Shown: positions 8,577 to 17,270, counted from the stretch's first letter. The stretch is DNA of 44,854 bases from an uncultured Clostridia bacterium (GCA_947589635.1 CANQCC010000002.1:1-44854); one strand, 5' to 3'. The notes: generated by a model not told the origin, from the sequence alone. Numbers and translations: made by a program.

Positions 8577-9110
8577 ATGGAAGAAAAATATAATTCTATG
8601 CAATTTAATAATCCCATCAAGTGCGAGGTGTGCGGCGGGCTTAACTATGCGGACGACTATGGCAACACGGATAAGTGCCCGCATTGCGGATGGAAAGACA
8701 ACGGGGACAGCGAGTTTTTTGAGGATTGCTATGGCATAAGCTATCCCATGCTTGTGCCGCTTTCGCGTGCGAGAGAGCAATATAAGGCGGGACAAAAATT
8801 CAAGGCAACTTTCGAGGACTTTATAAGCGGGCTAAAATTTTATTCCGAAATGCTGTTTTGGCATCATGGCTTGGTGCATGAGGTGTTTACCAAGCACAAA
8901 GGTGGCGGCTCAATAGAACAAGAGAGCGACGATCGCATTGTGGTTTTCTGCAATAAGGACTTTCAACAAGAGTTTGACAGCATAGATGAGTTCTGCAACA
9001 AGGCAAACATAGACGGGCGATTGTTGAAGAACATATGGGGTGAGGTCGTCCATCCATGTTTCATGTATTGCGGCGGCGAGCATGACTATGACGCTCCGCC
9101 CGAAGATTGA
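8577..9110 (+). CDS. Cytoplasmic protein with an N-terminal CxxC-x14-CxxC zinc ribbon (possibly CPCC-like; unknown function)
   Basis: 177-aa ORF with AGGAG upstream. The motif is CEVCGG...CPHCGWKD. No TM segment. Confidence 0.7.
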   Translation: MEEKYNSMQFNNPIKCEVCGGLNYADDYGNTDKCPHCGWKDNGDSEFFEDCYGISYPMLVPLSRAREQYKAGQKFKATFEDFISGLKFYSEMLFWHHGLVHEVFTKHKGGGSIEQESDDRIVVFCNKDFQQEFDSIDEFCNKANIDGRLLKNIWGEVVHPCFMYCGGEHDYDAPPED

Positions 9111-9236
9111 CAAAATTAAAGGCGAGTTTTGCGGGTTTGGAAAGTATAATTTGCGCAGCGGTTGATTTATTCGGGTTTTGGTGGTAAACTTATCTTTACA
9201 AAGCAAATCCAACTTGACACAGCAAGGAGTCAGAAT

Positions 9237-10637
9237 ATGGCATTCAGCAAATTTCTTGAGGAGAGGCGCGGCGATTGCGTGGCGCTTGTGCGCGAGCTGA
9301 AAAAGCGGTTCGCGTATGTAAGCGTGCTCGGCTCGGACGTAAAGGCTACGGTCGTGCGCGTGAACAAACAGACGACTATGATTGCGGACGCTCCGGACAC
9401 GGACGCGGGTTTCGTGGTGCGCGTGTCGGACGGCGGCGCGTTTATGGAGTACTCGCTTGACGACGTTTCTGGCGACAAGCAGGCGCTTGCGGAGCGCATC
9501 GTGGGCGGGCTGAGGCTTGACCCCTCCTTGCGCGACAAGGTCGTGAGCGCGAGCGCCATAAAGGACGAGCCTCTTGTAAAGTCCTTCGCGAGGCAGAGCG
9601 ATTTTGAAAATTTCGACGAGGAAAAGATACTTGCCAAGTGCAATCAAGTGTGCTTGAAACTTTTCAAAAACGAAAACGTAGTCAACGCCACGGTGCTTGT
9701 GCGCACTCTCGACGTCAGCAAGCTGTTCATAAGCGAAAACAGGGCGCTTGATCAAAACTACACCTGGGTGAACGGCATAATGGTCGTCAACTACCGCAAT
9801 GAGGAGCGCATGATAAGCGCGCGCGAGGGCGTATCCGGGCATGACCTTGGCTATGTGCTTGCCTCGCTGCCCCTCTATGCGGACAGGCTGGTGGAAAAGG
9901 CGGGGCATATTGCGGGTGCAAAACCCATCGAGCCCGGCGAATATGACGTCATCACGGATCCTTCCATCACGGGGCTGCTTGCGCACGAGGCGTTCGGGCA
10001 CGGAGTGGAGATGGATATGTTCGTCAAGGACAGGGCGCTTGCAAAGCACTGCATAGGCACCGCCGTAGCGTCGCCTATCTGCAACATGCATGACGGAGCG
10101 TCCGCGGCGCTTAGCGTGGCGAGCTACTTCTTTGACGACGACGGGGTGCTTGCGCAAGACACGCAGGTGATAAAGGACGGTATTCTGGTGTCCGGCATAA
10201 GCGACATCGTAAGCGCGTCGCAATTGGGCACGGAACCTACGGGCAACGGCAGGCGAGAGAGCCACAAACGCAAGACGTATACGCGCATGACAAACACCTT
10301 CTTCGAGCGCGGCAAGGACAAACTTGCGGATATGATTGCCTCCATAAAGCACGGATATATGATCTTTGAGACTAACAACGGCATGGAGGACCCCAAAACC
10401 TGGCAGGTGCAATGCGTGGCGGAATACGGCAGGGAGATAGTGGACGGCAAACTTACGGACAACTATGTCGCGCCCGTCGTCATGAGCGGCTACGTGCCCG
10501 ACGTGCTTAAGTCCATAAGCATGATATCCGACGACTTTATCATAGAGGGCTCCGGCTCCTGCGGCAAGGGCCACAAGGAATGGGTGCGCGTGTCCGACGG
10601 CGGTCCCGCGCTGAAACTGAAAGTGAGGCTTGGCTGA
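9237..10637 (+). CDS. tldD: TldD-family metallopeptidase
   Basis: HEAFGH (HExxxH) zinc motif, with GNGRRES and a Gly-rich C-terminus typical of TldD. The start is placed at MAFSKFL, with AGGAG upstream. Confidence 0.88.
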   Translation: MAFSKFLEERRGDCVALVRELKKRFAYVSVLGSDVKATVVRVNKQTTMIADAPDTDAGFVVRVSDGGAFMEYSLDDVSGDKQALAERIVGGLRLDPSLRDKVVSASAIKDEPLVKSFARQSDFENFDEEKILAKCNQVCLKLFKNENVVNATVLVRTLDVSKLFISENRALDQNYTWVNGIMVVNYRNEERMISAREGVSGHDLGYVLASLPLYADRLVEKAGHIAGAKPIEPGEYDVITDPSITGLLAHEAFGHGVEMDMFVKDRALAKHCIGTAVASPICNMHDGASAALSVASYFFDDDGVLAQDTQVIKDGILVSGISDIVSASQLGTEPTGNGRRESHKRKTYTRMTNTFFERGKDKLADMIASIKHGYMIFETNNGMEDPKTWQVQCVAEYGREIVDGKLTDNYVAPVVMSGYVPDVLKSISMISDDFIIEGSGSCGKGHKEWVRVSDGGPALKLKVRLG

Positions 10638-10638
10638 T

Positions 10639-11922
10639 ATGTTGAATTTGCAAGAGATATTGAATGTAATAAAAGACGTCGACGGCATTTCCGATTACAG
10701 GATAATCGAAAACGACAAAAACTCCTACGAGCTGTTCTTCGTGCACGGCAAGGCGGAGACGGTGCGCAGGGCGGACAGCCTTGAGCGCACGCTCAGCGTA
10801 TACATCAATCACGACGGCAAGAGGGGGATGAACTCCTTTATTTTGTCCGCCGCTCTCGACGCGGAGGGACTTAAGGCCAAGATAGAGTTTGCCGTAAAGC
10901 AGGCGGAGCTGGTCTTTGACGAGGCGTACGTGCTGCCCGACAACGAGACCTGCAATGTGGAGCTTGAATCAAACATCGCCTCCGATGCGCCCGAGGCCGT
11001 CGCCGCAAAGATAGCCGAGACCGTGTACGGCGCCAATCCTTACGAGGATTGCGATATAAACGCGCTTGAAATTTTCATAGTCAAAGAGGCTATGCGCGTG
11101 ATCAACAGCCGCGGCATAGACAAAAAGCAGGTCAGACACTCCGTGCACATTGAGGCGATCCCCACCTGCAACGGCAAGGATACATCGGTGGAGCTGTTTG
11201 AGGCGTACGACATGTCCGAACTCGATATCGAGTGGCTCTCCGCCGAGATAAAGGCGAGAATTGACGACGTGCGCGCGCGTCTCGTCGCCAAAAAGCCCGA
11301 GAATAAACTTAACTGCCCCATAGTCTTAAACGCCTATGAACTTGAAAAGTTGTTCAAGGCGATCTGCTCGGACGCAAACTATATCAGGGCCTATACGCAC
11401 ACCAATCTCAGGAGCGTCGGCGACGTCTTGCAGACCTCTAAAGACTGCGACAAACTGAATGTCACTATGCGCGGCGCGGTGAAGGGAAGCGCGACCTCCT
11501 CTCGCTTCGACAACGATGGCACGACGCTCGTCGACCGCGAGATAATAAGGGACGGCACGGTGATCGCGGGATACGGCCCCCACCGCTACGCGACCTATCT
11601 TGGCAAGACTCCCACGGGAATGCTTGAATGCATAGACGTGCGCGCGGGCGTCAAGAGCGCGGAAGAGCTTTTGTCCGCTCCCCACCTCGAACTTGTGTTT
11701 ATGAGCGGCCTGCAGGTGGATCCCTTAAGCGACTATATCGGCGGCGAGGTAAGACTTGCCTACTATTTCGACGGCAAAAAACGCGTCCCCGTCACCGGGA
11801 TAGCCATGAGCGGCAAACTTAGCGACGCGCTTAACACTTTGAGACTGTCAAGCGAACGCGCGATAAGCGGCTGCTACAGTGGCCCCGCAAAAGCCGTCAT
11901 AAGCGGCATGAATATCTTCTGA
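10639..11922 (+). CDS. pmbA: PmbA/TldE-family partner of TldD
   Basis: 427-aa TldD/PmbA-fold protein lacking HExxxH. It starts 1 nt after the tldD stop (a TTG at 10630 is an alternative start). Confidence 0.8.
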   Translation: MLNLQEILNVIKDVDGISDYRIIENDKNSYELFFVHGKAETVRRADSLERTLSVYINHDGKRGMNSFILSAALDAEGLKAKIEFAVKQAELVFDEAYVLPDNETCNVELESNIASDAPEAVAAKIAETVYGANPYEDCDINALEIFIVKEAMRVINSRGIDKKQVRHSVHIEAIPTCNGKDTSVELFEAYDMSELDIEWLSAEIKARIDDVRARLVAKKPENKLNCPIVLNAYELEKLFKAICSDANYIRAYTHTNLRSVGDVLQTSKDCDKLNVTMRGAVKGSATSSRFDNDGTTLVDREIIRDGTVIAGYGPHRYATYLGKTPTGMLECIDVRAGVKSAEELLSAPHLELVFMSGLQVDPLSDYIGGEVRLAYYFDGKKRVPVTGIAMSGKLSDALNTLRLSSERAISGCYSGPAKAVISGMNIF

Positions 11923-11929
11923 TAAGGCT

Positions 11930-12208
11930 ATGGCAAAGGATAAGCAAAAAAAGAAGGATAAGGACGATTGGGATACCGGGGTGGTCATCGCGCCTATGAA
12001 CGGCGACGAGCTGCCCAAATTCCGCCGCATGGCTTACCTCAATCGCGCAAAGCGCCCTCCCAAAGGAGAGCGCCCCAAAAGCGACCTCACTAAAAAGGAG
12101 AAGCGCGCTCTTTATCGCGCCGGTTTTGCCGCCATGCTGCCACAGCTAGCGGTGATCATTGCGGGGTTTGGGATAGTGGCTGTGCTCCTTTACTTCTGGC
12201 TCAAGTAA
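11930..12208 (+). CDS. Small membrane protein: Lys-rich N-terminus and one C-terminal TM helix (unknown function)
   Basis: 92-aa ORF starting 7 nt after the pmbA stop. The TM helix is LPQLAVIIAGFGIVAVLLYFWL. Confidence 0.6.
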   Translation: MAKDKQKKKDKDDWDTGVVIAPMNGDELPKFRRMAYLNRAKRPPKGERPKSDLTKKEKRALYRAGFAAMLPQLAVIIAGFGIVAVLLYFWLK

Positions 12209-12256
12209 AAACCGCGCTATTTGCCCAAATACTGTGTCAAAGCCCTCTCGCCTCAC

Positions 12257-12381
12257 GGTCACGTACGACAAAGTACGCTCACGCTCGTCGAGAGGGCTTT
12301 TCCTTATCTTTGAACAAATATCACGGTTTTTAAGTTATCAATAGGGCGAATAGCTTTGCTAGCGCTCTTCATCCCGTACAG
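12257..12381. repeat. Copy 1 of a ~125-nt intergenic direct repeat
   Basis: Hand alignment with 12436-12559 gives 5 substitutions and one 1-nt indel. The copy is embedded in the long inverted repeat AAAGCCCTCTCG (12240-12251) / CGAGAGGGCTTT (12289-12300). Confidence 0.85.
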
Positions 12382-12435
12382 GCGGCTTTTAAGTTATCGA
12401 GGGGCGATATACATCGTCAAAACCCATTTTGTTCA

Positions 12436-12559
12436 GGTCACGTACGACAAAGTACGCTCACGCTCGTCGAGAGGGCTTTTCCTTGTCTTTGAACAAATAT
12501 CGCGGTTTTTAAGTTATAATAGGGCGAATAGCTTTGTCCGCGCTCTTCATCCCGTACAG
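12436..12559. repeat. Copy 2 of the ~125-nt intergenic direct repeat
   Basis: Same sequence as copy 1, offset by 179 nt. It lacks the left arm of the outer inverted repeat. Confidence 0.85.
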
Positions 12560-12566
12560 ACAGTTT

Positions 12567-12983
12567 TTACAGATAGGTTCTTAGAGATTTAATATTCTTA
12601 TCATAGCATCTCATCAAATCGCGGGCCAGATCGGGGACCTCTACGCCGTCGCGGGACAGCTCGTTTATGCACTTCTGGACGCTTGTTATGCCCATGTTGT
12701 AGCCGTCGATCAGCATGCTTGCAAGGTGGGTATTGCTGTTGTCGAAGCCCGCGTTCATTTTGACGCCCGCCTTCAGCATCATTCTTTGGAAGGGTTTTGT
12801 GACGGCGTCCTCAAGTTCTTCTTCGCCAAGTTCCCCCTCCGCCTTTTTGTAGAAGTCCTCAAGCACTTCCTTTTGCGACAGCACAAGGTTCTTGAGTTTG
12901 TCGCACTCTATATAGGGCAGGATGTTGTCTATCGACTGAGCGCCCATGGCTGTGTTTCTTACGATTTCTCTGAAAATTTTCAT
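12567..12983 (-). CDS. Hypothetical helical cytoplasmic protein (138 aa)
   Basis: Clean ORF with coding-like composition. I did not recognise any motif. Confidence 0.6.
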   Translation of the reverse strand: MKIFREIVRNTAMGAQSIDNILPYIECDKLKNLVLSQKEVLEDFYKKAEGELGEEELEDAVTKPFQRMMLKAGVKMNAGFDNSNTHLASMLIDGYNMGITSVQKCINELSRDGVEVPDLARDLMRCYDKNIKSLRTYL

Positions 12984-13028
12984 ACGTTGCCTCCGACAGT
13001 AGCGTGCGCAAGCCGGGGCTGAATATTC

Positions 13029-13574
13029 TTAAAACAGCCTGTCAAGAATTTCCTTTATCCAGGATTTATACACGATCTTTTCACCGCCGTCGCCGTCCGG
13101 GACGAAGCAAAGAGGAGGAAAAGCTACGCACCACCAGTTTGCTCCTTTGCCGCTGCCAAGCTCTATGACCACCGCGTCATAATCCCCTTCGGGGAAGAAA
13201 TAGCCGTTGTAATCGCGATCGGGGAAATGCTCGTTAGATATCCGAATCGAGGCTTTATATGTAAAATTGTTGTCATAAAGTACTTGATTTGCAATTTCAA
13301 TAAGATTTTCGCTTTCGGCGCTTATCATCTTTATCGCTTCGCTTTTGCTGTCGCAGCCCTCAAGCGTCGTCTGAAGACGTGCGGTTATTTTGTCGCGCAC
13401 GGCAAGCTTGACGCGCTGATCCTCATCGCTGTCGGAGTTGGCGCGGATGTGTATACGCAGGCACTCTTCGCTTAAGCGCTCGGCGCGACGGGAGTTGCAG
13501 GCGCAAAGCAAAAACGCCGATATGATAAGAAGAAGGGACAATAAGATAACGATTTTATGTACGCGATGTTTCAT
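13029..13574 (-). CDS. spoIIR: Stage II sporulation protein R
   Basis: LRIHIRANSDSDEDQRVKLAVRDKI and GANWWCVAFPPLCF are SpoIIR signatures, and there is an N-terminal signal/TM segment. The ATG at 13574 is preferred over the upstream TTG at 13619. Confidence 0.88.
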   Translation of the reverse strand: MKHRVHKIVILLSLLLIISAFLLCACNSRRAERLSEECLRIHIRANSDSDEDQRVKLAVRDKITARLQTTLEGCDSKSEAIKMISAESENLIEIANQVLYDNNFTYKASIRISNEHFPDRDYNGYFFPEGDYDAVVIELGSGKGANWWCVAFPPLCFVPDGDGGEKIVYKSWIKEILDRLF

Positions 13575-13625
13575 AAGGCTATTATTGCCGCGCGGCGGTT
13601 GAAAATACCCGTCTTGCAAAAATTT

Positions 13626-13654
13626 GTATAAAAGTCAGGCGGGGCGACACACTA
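13626..13654 (+). promoter_or_regulatory. Possible forespore (sigma-G-like) promoter of sleB-ypeB
   Basis: GTATA (13626-13630), 17-nt spacer, CACACTA (13648-13654). This is compared with the GHATR / CATxHTA consensus and has one mismatch in the -10. Confidence 0.35.
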
Positions 13655-13669
13655 TGCCGAGAGGTGAAA

Positions 13670-14371
13670 ATGAACGTGAAAAAACTTAAGATTTTTATAA
13701 TTGCGACGGCGGCGCTTGCGCTTTGCGTATGCCTTATGTGCGCGCTCACTCCGGAAAGCGCGGAGGTGGCGGACGCCGTCACGCTTAAGCAGGGCTCCAC
13801 GGGGTCGCTTGTAAAGACCATGCAGACCAAACTTATCAATTGGGGCTACTTGAGCGGCAAGGCGGACGGGATATTCGGCTCCAAGACAAAGGCGGCGGTC
13901 ATCTACTTTCAAAAGAAGAACGGCCTTGTCGCGGACGGCATAGTCGGCACAAAGACGGCGCAGGCGCTTGGGATGTCGCTGTCGGGCAGCACAAGCAAAC
14001 CCGCAAGCGGCGGCAACAGCAACTCCGCGGACCTGAATCTCCTTGCGCACGTGGTGTACGGCGAGGCGAGGGGAGAGCCGTATACGGGGCAGGTCGCGGT
14101 GGCGGCGGTAGTCCTCAACAGGGTGCGCAGCAGTTCCTTCCCGAACAGCGTGGCGGGAGTGGTGTATCAATCGGGCGCTTTCGATTGCGTGTCGGACGGG
14201 CAGATAAACTTAAGTCCCAATCAGAACGCCATAAACGCGGCGAGGGACGCGCTTAACGGCTGGGACCCGACGTACGGCTGCTTATATTATTACAATCCGC
14301 GCACGGCGACAAGCAAGTGGATGCTTTCGCGCACAGTCAAACTCAACATAGGCAATCATGCCTTCTGCTGA
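13670..14371 (+). CDS. sleB: Spore cortex-lytic enzyme SleB (signal peptide, PG_binding_1 domain, Hydrolase_2 domain)
   Basis: LKQGSTGSLVKTMQTKLINWGYL...DGIFGSKT is the peptidoglycan-binding repeat. VVYGEARGEPYTGQVAVAAVVLNRV...VVYQSGAFDCV is the SleB/CwlJ catalytic domain. Confidence 0.9.
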   Translation: MNVKKLKIFIIATAALALCVCLMCALTPESAEVADAVTLKQGSTGSLVKTMQTKLINWGYLSGKADGIFGSKTKAAVIYFQKKNGLVADGIVGTKTAQALGMSLSGSTSKPASGGNSNSADLNLLAHVVYGEARGEPYTGQVAVAAVVLNRVRSSSFPNSVAGVVYQSGAFDCVSDGQINLSPNQNAINAARDALNGWDPTYGCLYYYNPRTATSKWMLSRTVKLNIGNHAFC

Positions 14372-14389
14372 CGATATAGAGGTGAAAAT

Positions 14390-15793
14390 ATGGCAAAAAA
14401 GAAGGAAGTGCAATGCCCTCAGATAATAGAGGTGCAGGACAAAAAGAGCAAAAAACAGCGCAGTCCGCGCGTCATCAAGACCGCCGTGCTTGGCGTAGTC
14501 ATAGGGCTTATGGCAAGCGCGATCGCGGGGCTTAGCGTGGCGCTTTATTACTCCACGGTCAACGTGCGCACGCACGAAAGCTACCAGAGGCAGATGGACG
14601 CGGTGTATTTCAGGACGTATTACGACCTTATAGACGGCGCGAACGACCTGGGCATATCCTTAAAGAAACTTGGCGTGTCGACGTCCCCTAAGATGCAACA
14701 GTCGCTGCTTTACGAGGTGTGGAGCGCCGCGAGCCTTGCCGAAAACGATCTCGGCACCTTTCAGAGCGAGGGAGACGGGCTTAAAAAGGCGCAGAAGTTT
14801 ATAAATCAGCTTGGAGACTACTCCCACGCGCTTGCCATCCGCGTATCCGACGGCAAGCCGCTGAGCGCCGAAGAGAGAGAAAAACTTGTAAAACTCGGCG
14901 AGATTGCCGAGGCGTATCTGTCCGCGCTTGAAAAAATAAAAGAGGACGTGGACGGCGGCAAGCTGTTTGTGGGCGACGGCGGCGCGCTGGAGGGCATAGA
15001 GGACGCGTTTTCCCGCTTTGCGGAGCCGGATTTCGCCTATCCCGAGATGATATACGACGGGCCCTTTTCGGACGCGCTTGAAGGCAGAACTCCCGTCGCG
15101 CTTACGGGAGAGGAGATATCCCCCGAAGAGGGCGAGCAGATAGTCAAAAAATATTTCGGAGCGCAGGACGTGACTTTCGCGGGCGAGGGCAAAGGGGATA
15201 TCAGCACGCTCAACTACACGTTCAGGGCGGACGGAGGGGAAGCGTTTGTCCAGCTTGGCAAGATGGGCGGCAGAGTGATAACCTTCAACATGTCCTCCTA
15301 TGACGCTCCCGCCGTCAGACAGGAGGCGGGCGCAACTTGCCAGGAAGCGGCGATAGCGTATGCCGAAAAACTCGGCTTTCACGATATGCGCACGGTGTGG
15401 TCGTCCTCCGCGGACGGCGAATGCGTGGTAAATCTTGCGCCCGTGCAGGACGGAGTAGTCCTCTATCCCGACCTCGTCAAGGTAAAGCTGTCCGAAAGCG
15501 ACAGCCGCGTCATAGGATTTGACGCCACGCACTATGCTTTCAACCATAAGCCGCGCGAGCTCGCCTCGCCCGCGCTGACTTCGCAGCAAGCCGAGTCTCG
15601 CCTGAGCGTCCCGCCCGTGAGAGAGGGCAGGCTTGCCCTCATCCCCATGCGCGGCACAAAGGAGGCGCTCTGCTTCGAGTTTGAGTGCGAAAGCGGCGGC
15701 ACATACTTTGTGTATATCGACGCGCTTACCGGAAAGGAAGCCAACATCCTCTACGTCATAGACAGCGAAAGTCAGGGCATGCGCACCGCGTAA
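14390..15793 (+). CDS. ypeB: Germination protein YpeB (N-terminal TM, C-terminal PepSY-type repeats)
   Basis: 467-aa ORF immediately downstream of sleB (the conserved sleB-ypeB pair). It has an N-terminal TM helix, and GAGGTG lies upstream of the ATG. Confidence 0.8.
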   Translation: MAKKKEVQCPQIIEVQDKKSKKQRSPRVIKTAVLGVVIGLMASAIAGLSVALYYSTVNVRTHESYQRQMDAVYFRTYYDLIDGANDLGISLKKLGVSTSPKMQQSLLYEVWSAASLAENDLGTFQSEGDGLKKAQKFINQLGDYSHALAIRVSDGKPLSAEEREKLVKLGEIAEAYLSALEKIKEDVDGGKLFVGDGGALEGIEDAFSRFAEPDFAYPEMIYDGPFSDALEGRTPVALTGEEISPEEGEQIVKKYFGAQDVTFAGEGKGDISTLNYTFRADGGEAFVQLGKMGGRVITFNMSSYDAPAVRQEAGATCQEAAIAYAEKLGFHDMRTVWSSSADGECVVNLAPVQDGVVLYPDLVKVKLSESDSRVIGFDATHYAFNHKPRELASPALTSQQAESRLSVPPVREGRLALIPMRGTKEALCFEFECESGGTYFVYIDALTGKEANILYVIDSESQGMRTA

Positions 15794-15982
15794 CTTTCAA
15801 AAGCGTCGCCACTTGTATAGGGAACGTCTTGCACGGCGTAGCGCTATGCCAAAAGTATGAGCTGCAAAAGCGCATGAAACGTCACGGCAGGGCAAGCGGG
15901 ATGCAAATATAAGGCAAAGGCAAGATGTAAAAATAAAAAGCCGAGGCAAATACTAAAAGCCGAGGCAAAAAGGAATAAAGAA

Positions 15983-16018
15983 AGGAGTGTTGCTAAAATG
16001 CTGAAACGCAACACTCCT
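15983..16018. terminator. Bidirectional terminator between convergent genes
   Basis: An 11-bp perfect stem, AGGAGTGTTGC (15983-15993) with GCAACACTCCT (16008-16018), flanked by A/T-rich runs on both sides. Confidence 0.65.
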
Positions 16019-16062
16019 TATTAAAACGGCTGTACACCGGAAGGTGACACCGATGTACCTTA

Positions 16063-16914
16063 TTATGACCTTCTTCTTTTTTCCATGGATCTGCAACAAA
16101 TCATGGCGCCGATAAATTGTATCAAGGTCAACACAAACGGCGCGAAGAAGGCGTATAACTGGGATTCGATAACATTTTTGTAGTATTCTACTATCCCCAT
16201 CTTTTCGTAGCGCGGAATTTCTACTTCCGGCATTGAATCAAACATCTCGTTAAGTTTTTCAGCGGTTCTGTTATACACTATCAGGCCAGAGAACAGGGTA
16301 ACTATGCCAAGCACAAACAGCAATATCGCCCATATCGCGTTGAAGGCGCGGCTGTATTTTTTGCAGATCGCCATAATCAGCGCGACAACAAACGTGATGC
16401 AGGACATCGTGAATATTATCATTGGCACAAGGCTCAATATTCCGCTCAAAATGTCCAATTCAAAAGTTGCTTTGAACGCAGTCATGTCTTTGACAAGAAG
16501 TTCCCAATAGCCTATGCCCGAGAAAACGTCAAGTCCGTATGTGTTTCCCATCTTGATTTTTTCGGTCGTGATGAGATATGCCACTACGTTTAAGGCAATG
16601 ATGATAAGCGAGATTATCATCATAAAGATGTTTCTGCCAAGGCCCGTCTTTTTGGTCGAAGAAGAATACGCTCTTTCGGGCGCGGTCTCGACGTACTCCT
16701 GCTGAGTGGTCTCGCCGATAGACTCCAGCGCGAGGCTCTCCTCTTGATTGTAGATGGGCTGCCTTTCCACCCTGTTGAGTTTTACGCCGATATAAACGCC
16801 ACAGCTTGGGCATTTGATGCGATATCTGTAATCCTCGGGGAGGCTTGCCATGTCCGCGGGCGGCTCGAAGGATATTTCCGACCGGCAGGCGGGGCATCTT
16901 GTATACATTGCCAT
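16063..16914 (-). CDS. Polytopic membrane protein with an N-terminal CxxC-x24-CxxC zinc ribbon (unknown function)
   Basis: 283-aa ORF with AGGAG upstream. The zinc ribbon is CPAC...CPSC, followed by about five hydrophobic helices. The gene looks visibly more A+T-rich than its neighbours. Confidence 0.75.
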   Translation of the reverse strand: MAMYTRCPACRSEISFEPPADMASLPEDYRYRIKCPSCGVYIGVKLNRVERQPIYNQEESLALESIGETTQQEYVETAPERAYSSSTKKTGLGRNIFMMIISLIIIALNVVAYLITTEKIKMGNTYGLDVFSGIGYWELLVKDMTAFKATFELDILSGILSLVPMIIFTMSCITFVVALIMAICKKYSRAFNAIWAILLFVLGIVTLFSGLIVYNRTAEKLNEMFDSMPEVEIPRYEKMGIVEYYKNVIESQLYAFFAPFVLTLIQFIGAMICCRSMEKRRRS

Positions 16915-17059
16915 AATGTAACTCCTTACACTAAACTATATTCTAAAATATATTATATTATTATTTTTGCCGCAAGTCAATACGGCGCGCCTTATTTGTA
17001 AAAATTTCCGTTTTTTAATCTGTCGCGCAATTTCGGCGCAGATTTTTTGGGCGCTTTGC

Positions 17060-17088
17060 TTGAACTTATTTCCTTTGTATGCTATGAT
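17060..17088 (+). promoter_or_regulatory. Sigma-70-type promoter of the riboswitch-controlled operon
   Basis: TTGAAC (17060-17065), 17-nt spacer, TATGAT (17083-17088). The riboswitch P1 stem starts at 17093. Confidence 0.55.
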
Positions 17089-17092
17089 TTTT

Positions 17093-17270
17093 TCGACAGG
17101 TGCCTGCGTTCGCTCCAGGCCTTTCGGGACTTGAGGCGAGCGGAGGATAATAGGGAAGACCGTTAAATGCCGTCGCAGCCCCCGCTACCGTAAGCGTCAA
17201 AGGGATAAAGCCACCTACATAGGGGAAGGCTCCCGCCGTTAAGGTCGCAAGCCGGGAAACCTGCCTGTCG
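17093..17270 (+). promoter_or_regulatory. Cobalamin (B12) riboswitch aptamer
   Basis: P1 pairs CGACAGG (17093-17099) with CCTGTCG (17264-17270). The conserved core is AATAGGGAAGACCGTTAAATGCCGTCGCAGCCCCCGCTACCGTAAG, and the B12 box is AAGCCGGGAAACCTGCC. Confidence 0.88.

Noticed and set aside
7265-9236. Integrated prophage or genomic island with att duplication at the tmRNA 3' end
   Set aside because: No integrase or recombinase ORF is present, and I found no repeat of the tmRNA 3' terminus. The only match was an 8-nt AGCGGTTG at about 9158-9165, which is within chance expectation. It is kept only as a compositional islet hypothesis.
8910-10688. 592-aa minus-strand ORF spanning tldD
   Set aside because: It is antisense to a gene with clear TldD motifs. 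The translation is Arg/His/Val/Ala-rich with no motifs, typical of a shadow ORF in GC-rich coding DNA.
12356-12592. 78-aa ORF within the intergenic repeat region
   Set aside because: It reads straight through the duplicated 125-nt units, has no RBS, and overlaps the 3' end of the convergent gene. The repeat is more likely non-coding.
15900-15975. A-rich stretch with a duplicated AAAAGCCGAGGCAAA motif downstream of ypeB
   Set aside because: It is a short two-copy repeat in an A-rich spacer just before a strong terminator, which is insufficient evidence for a functional element.
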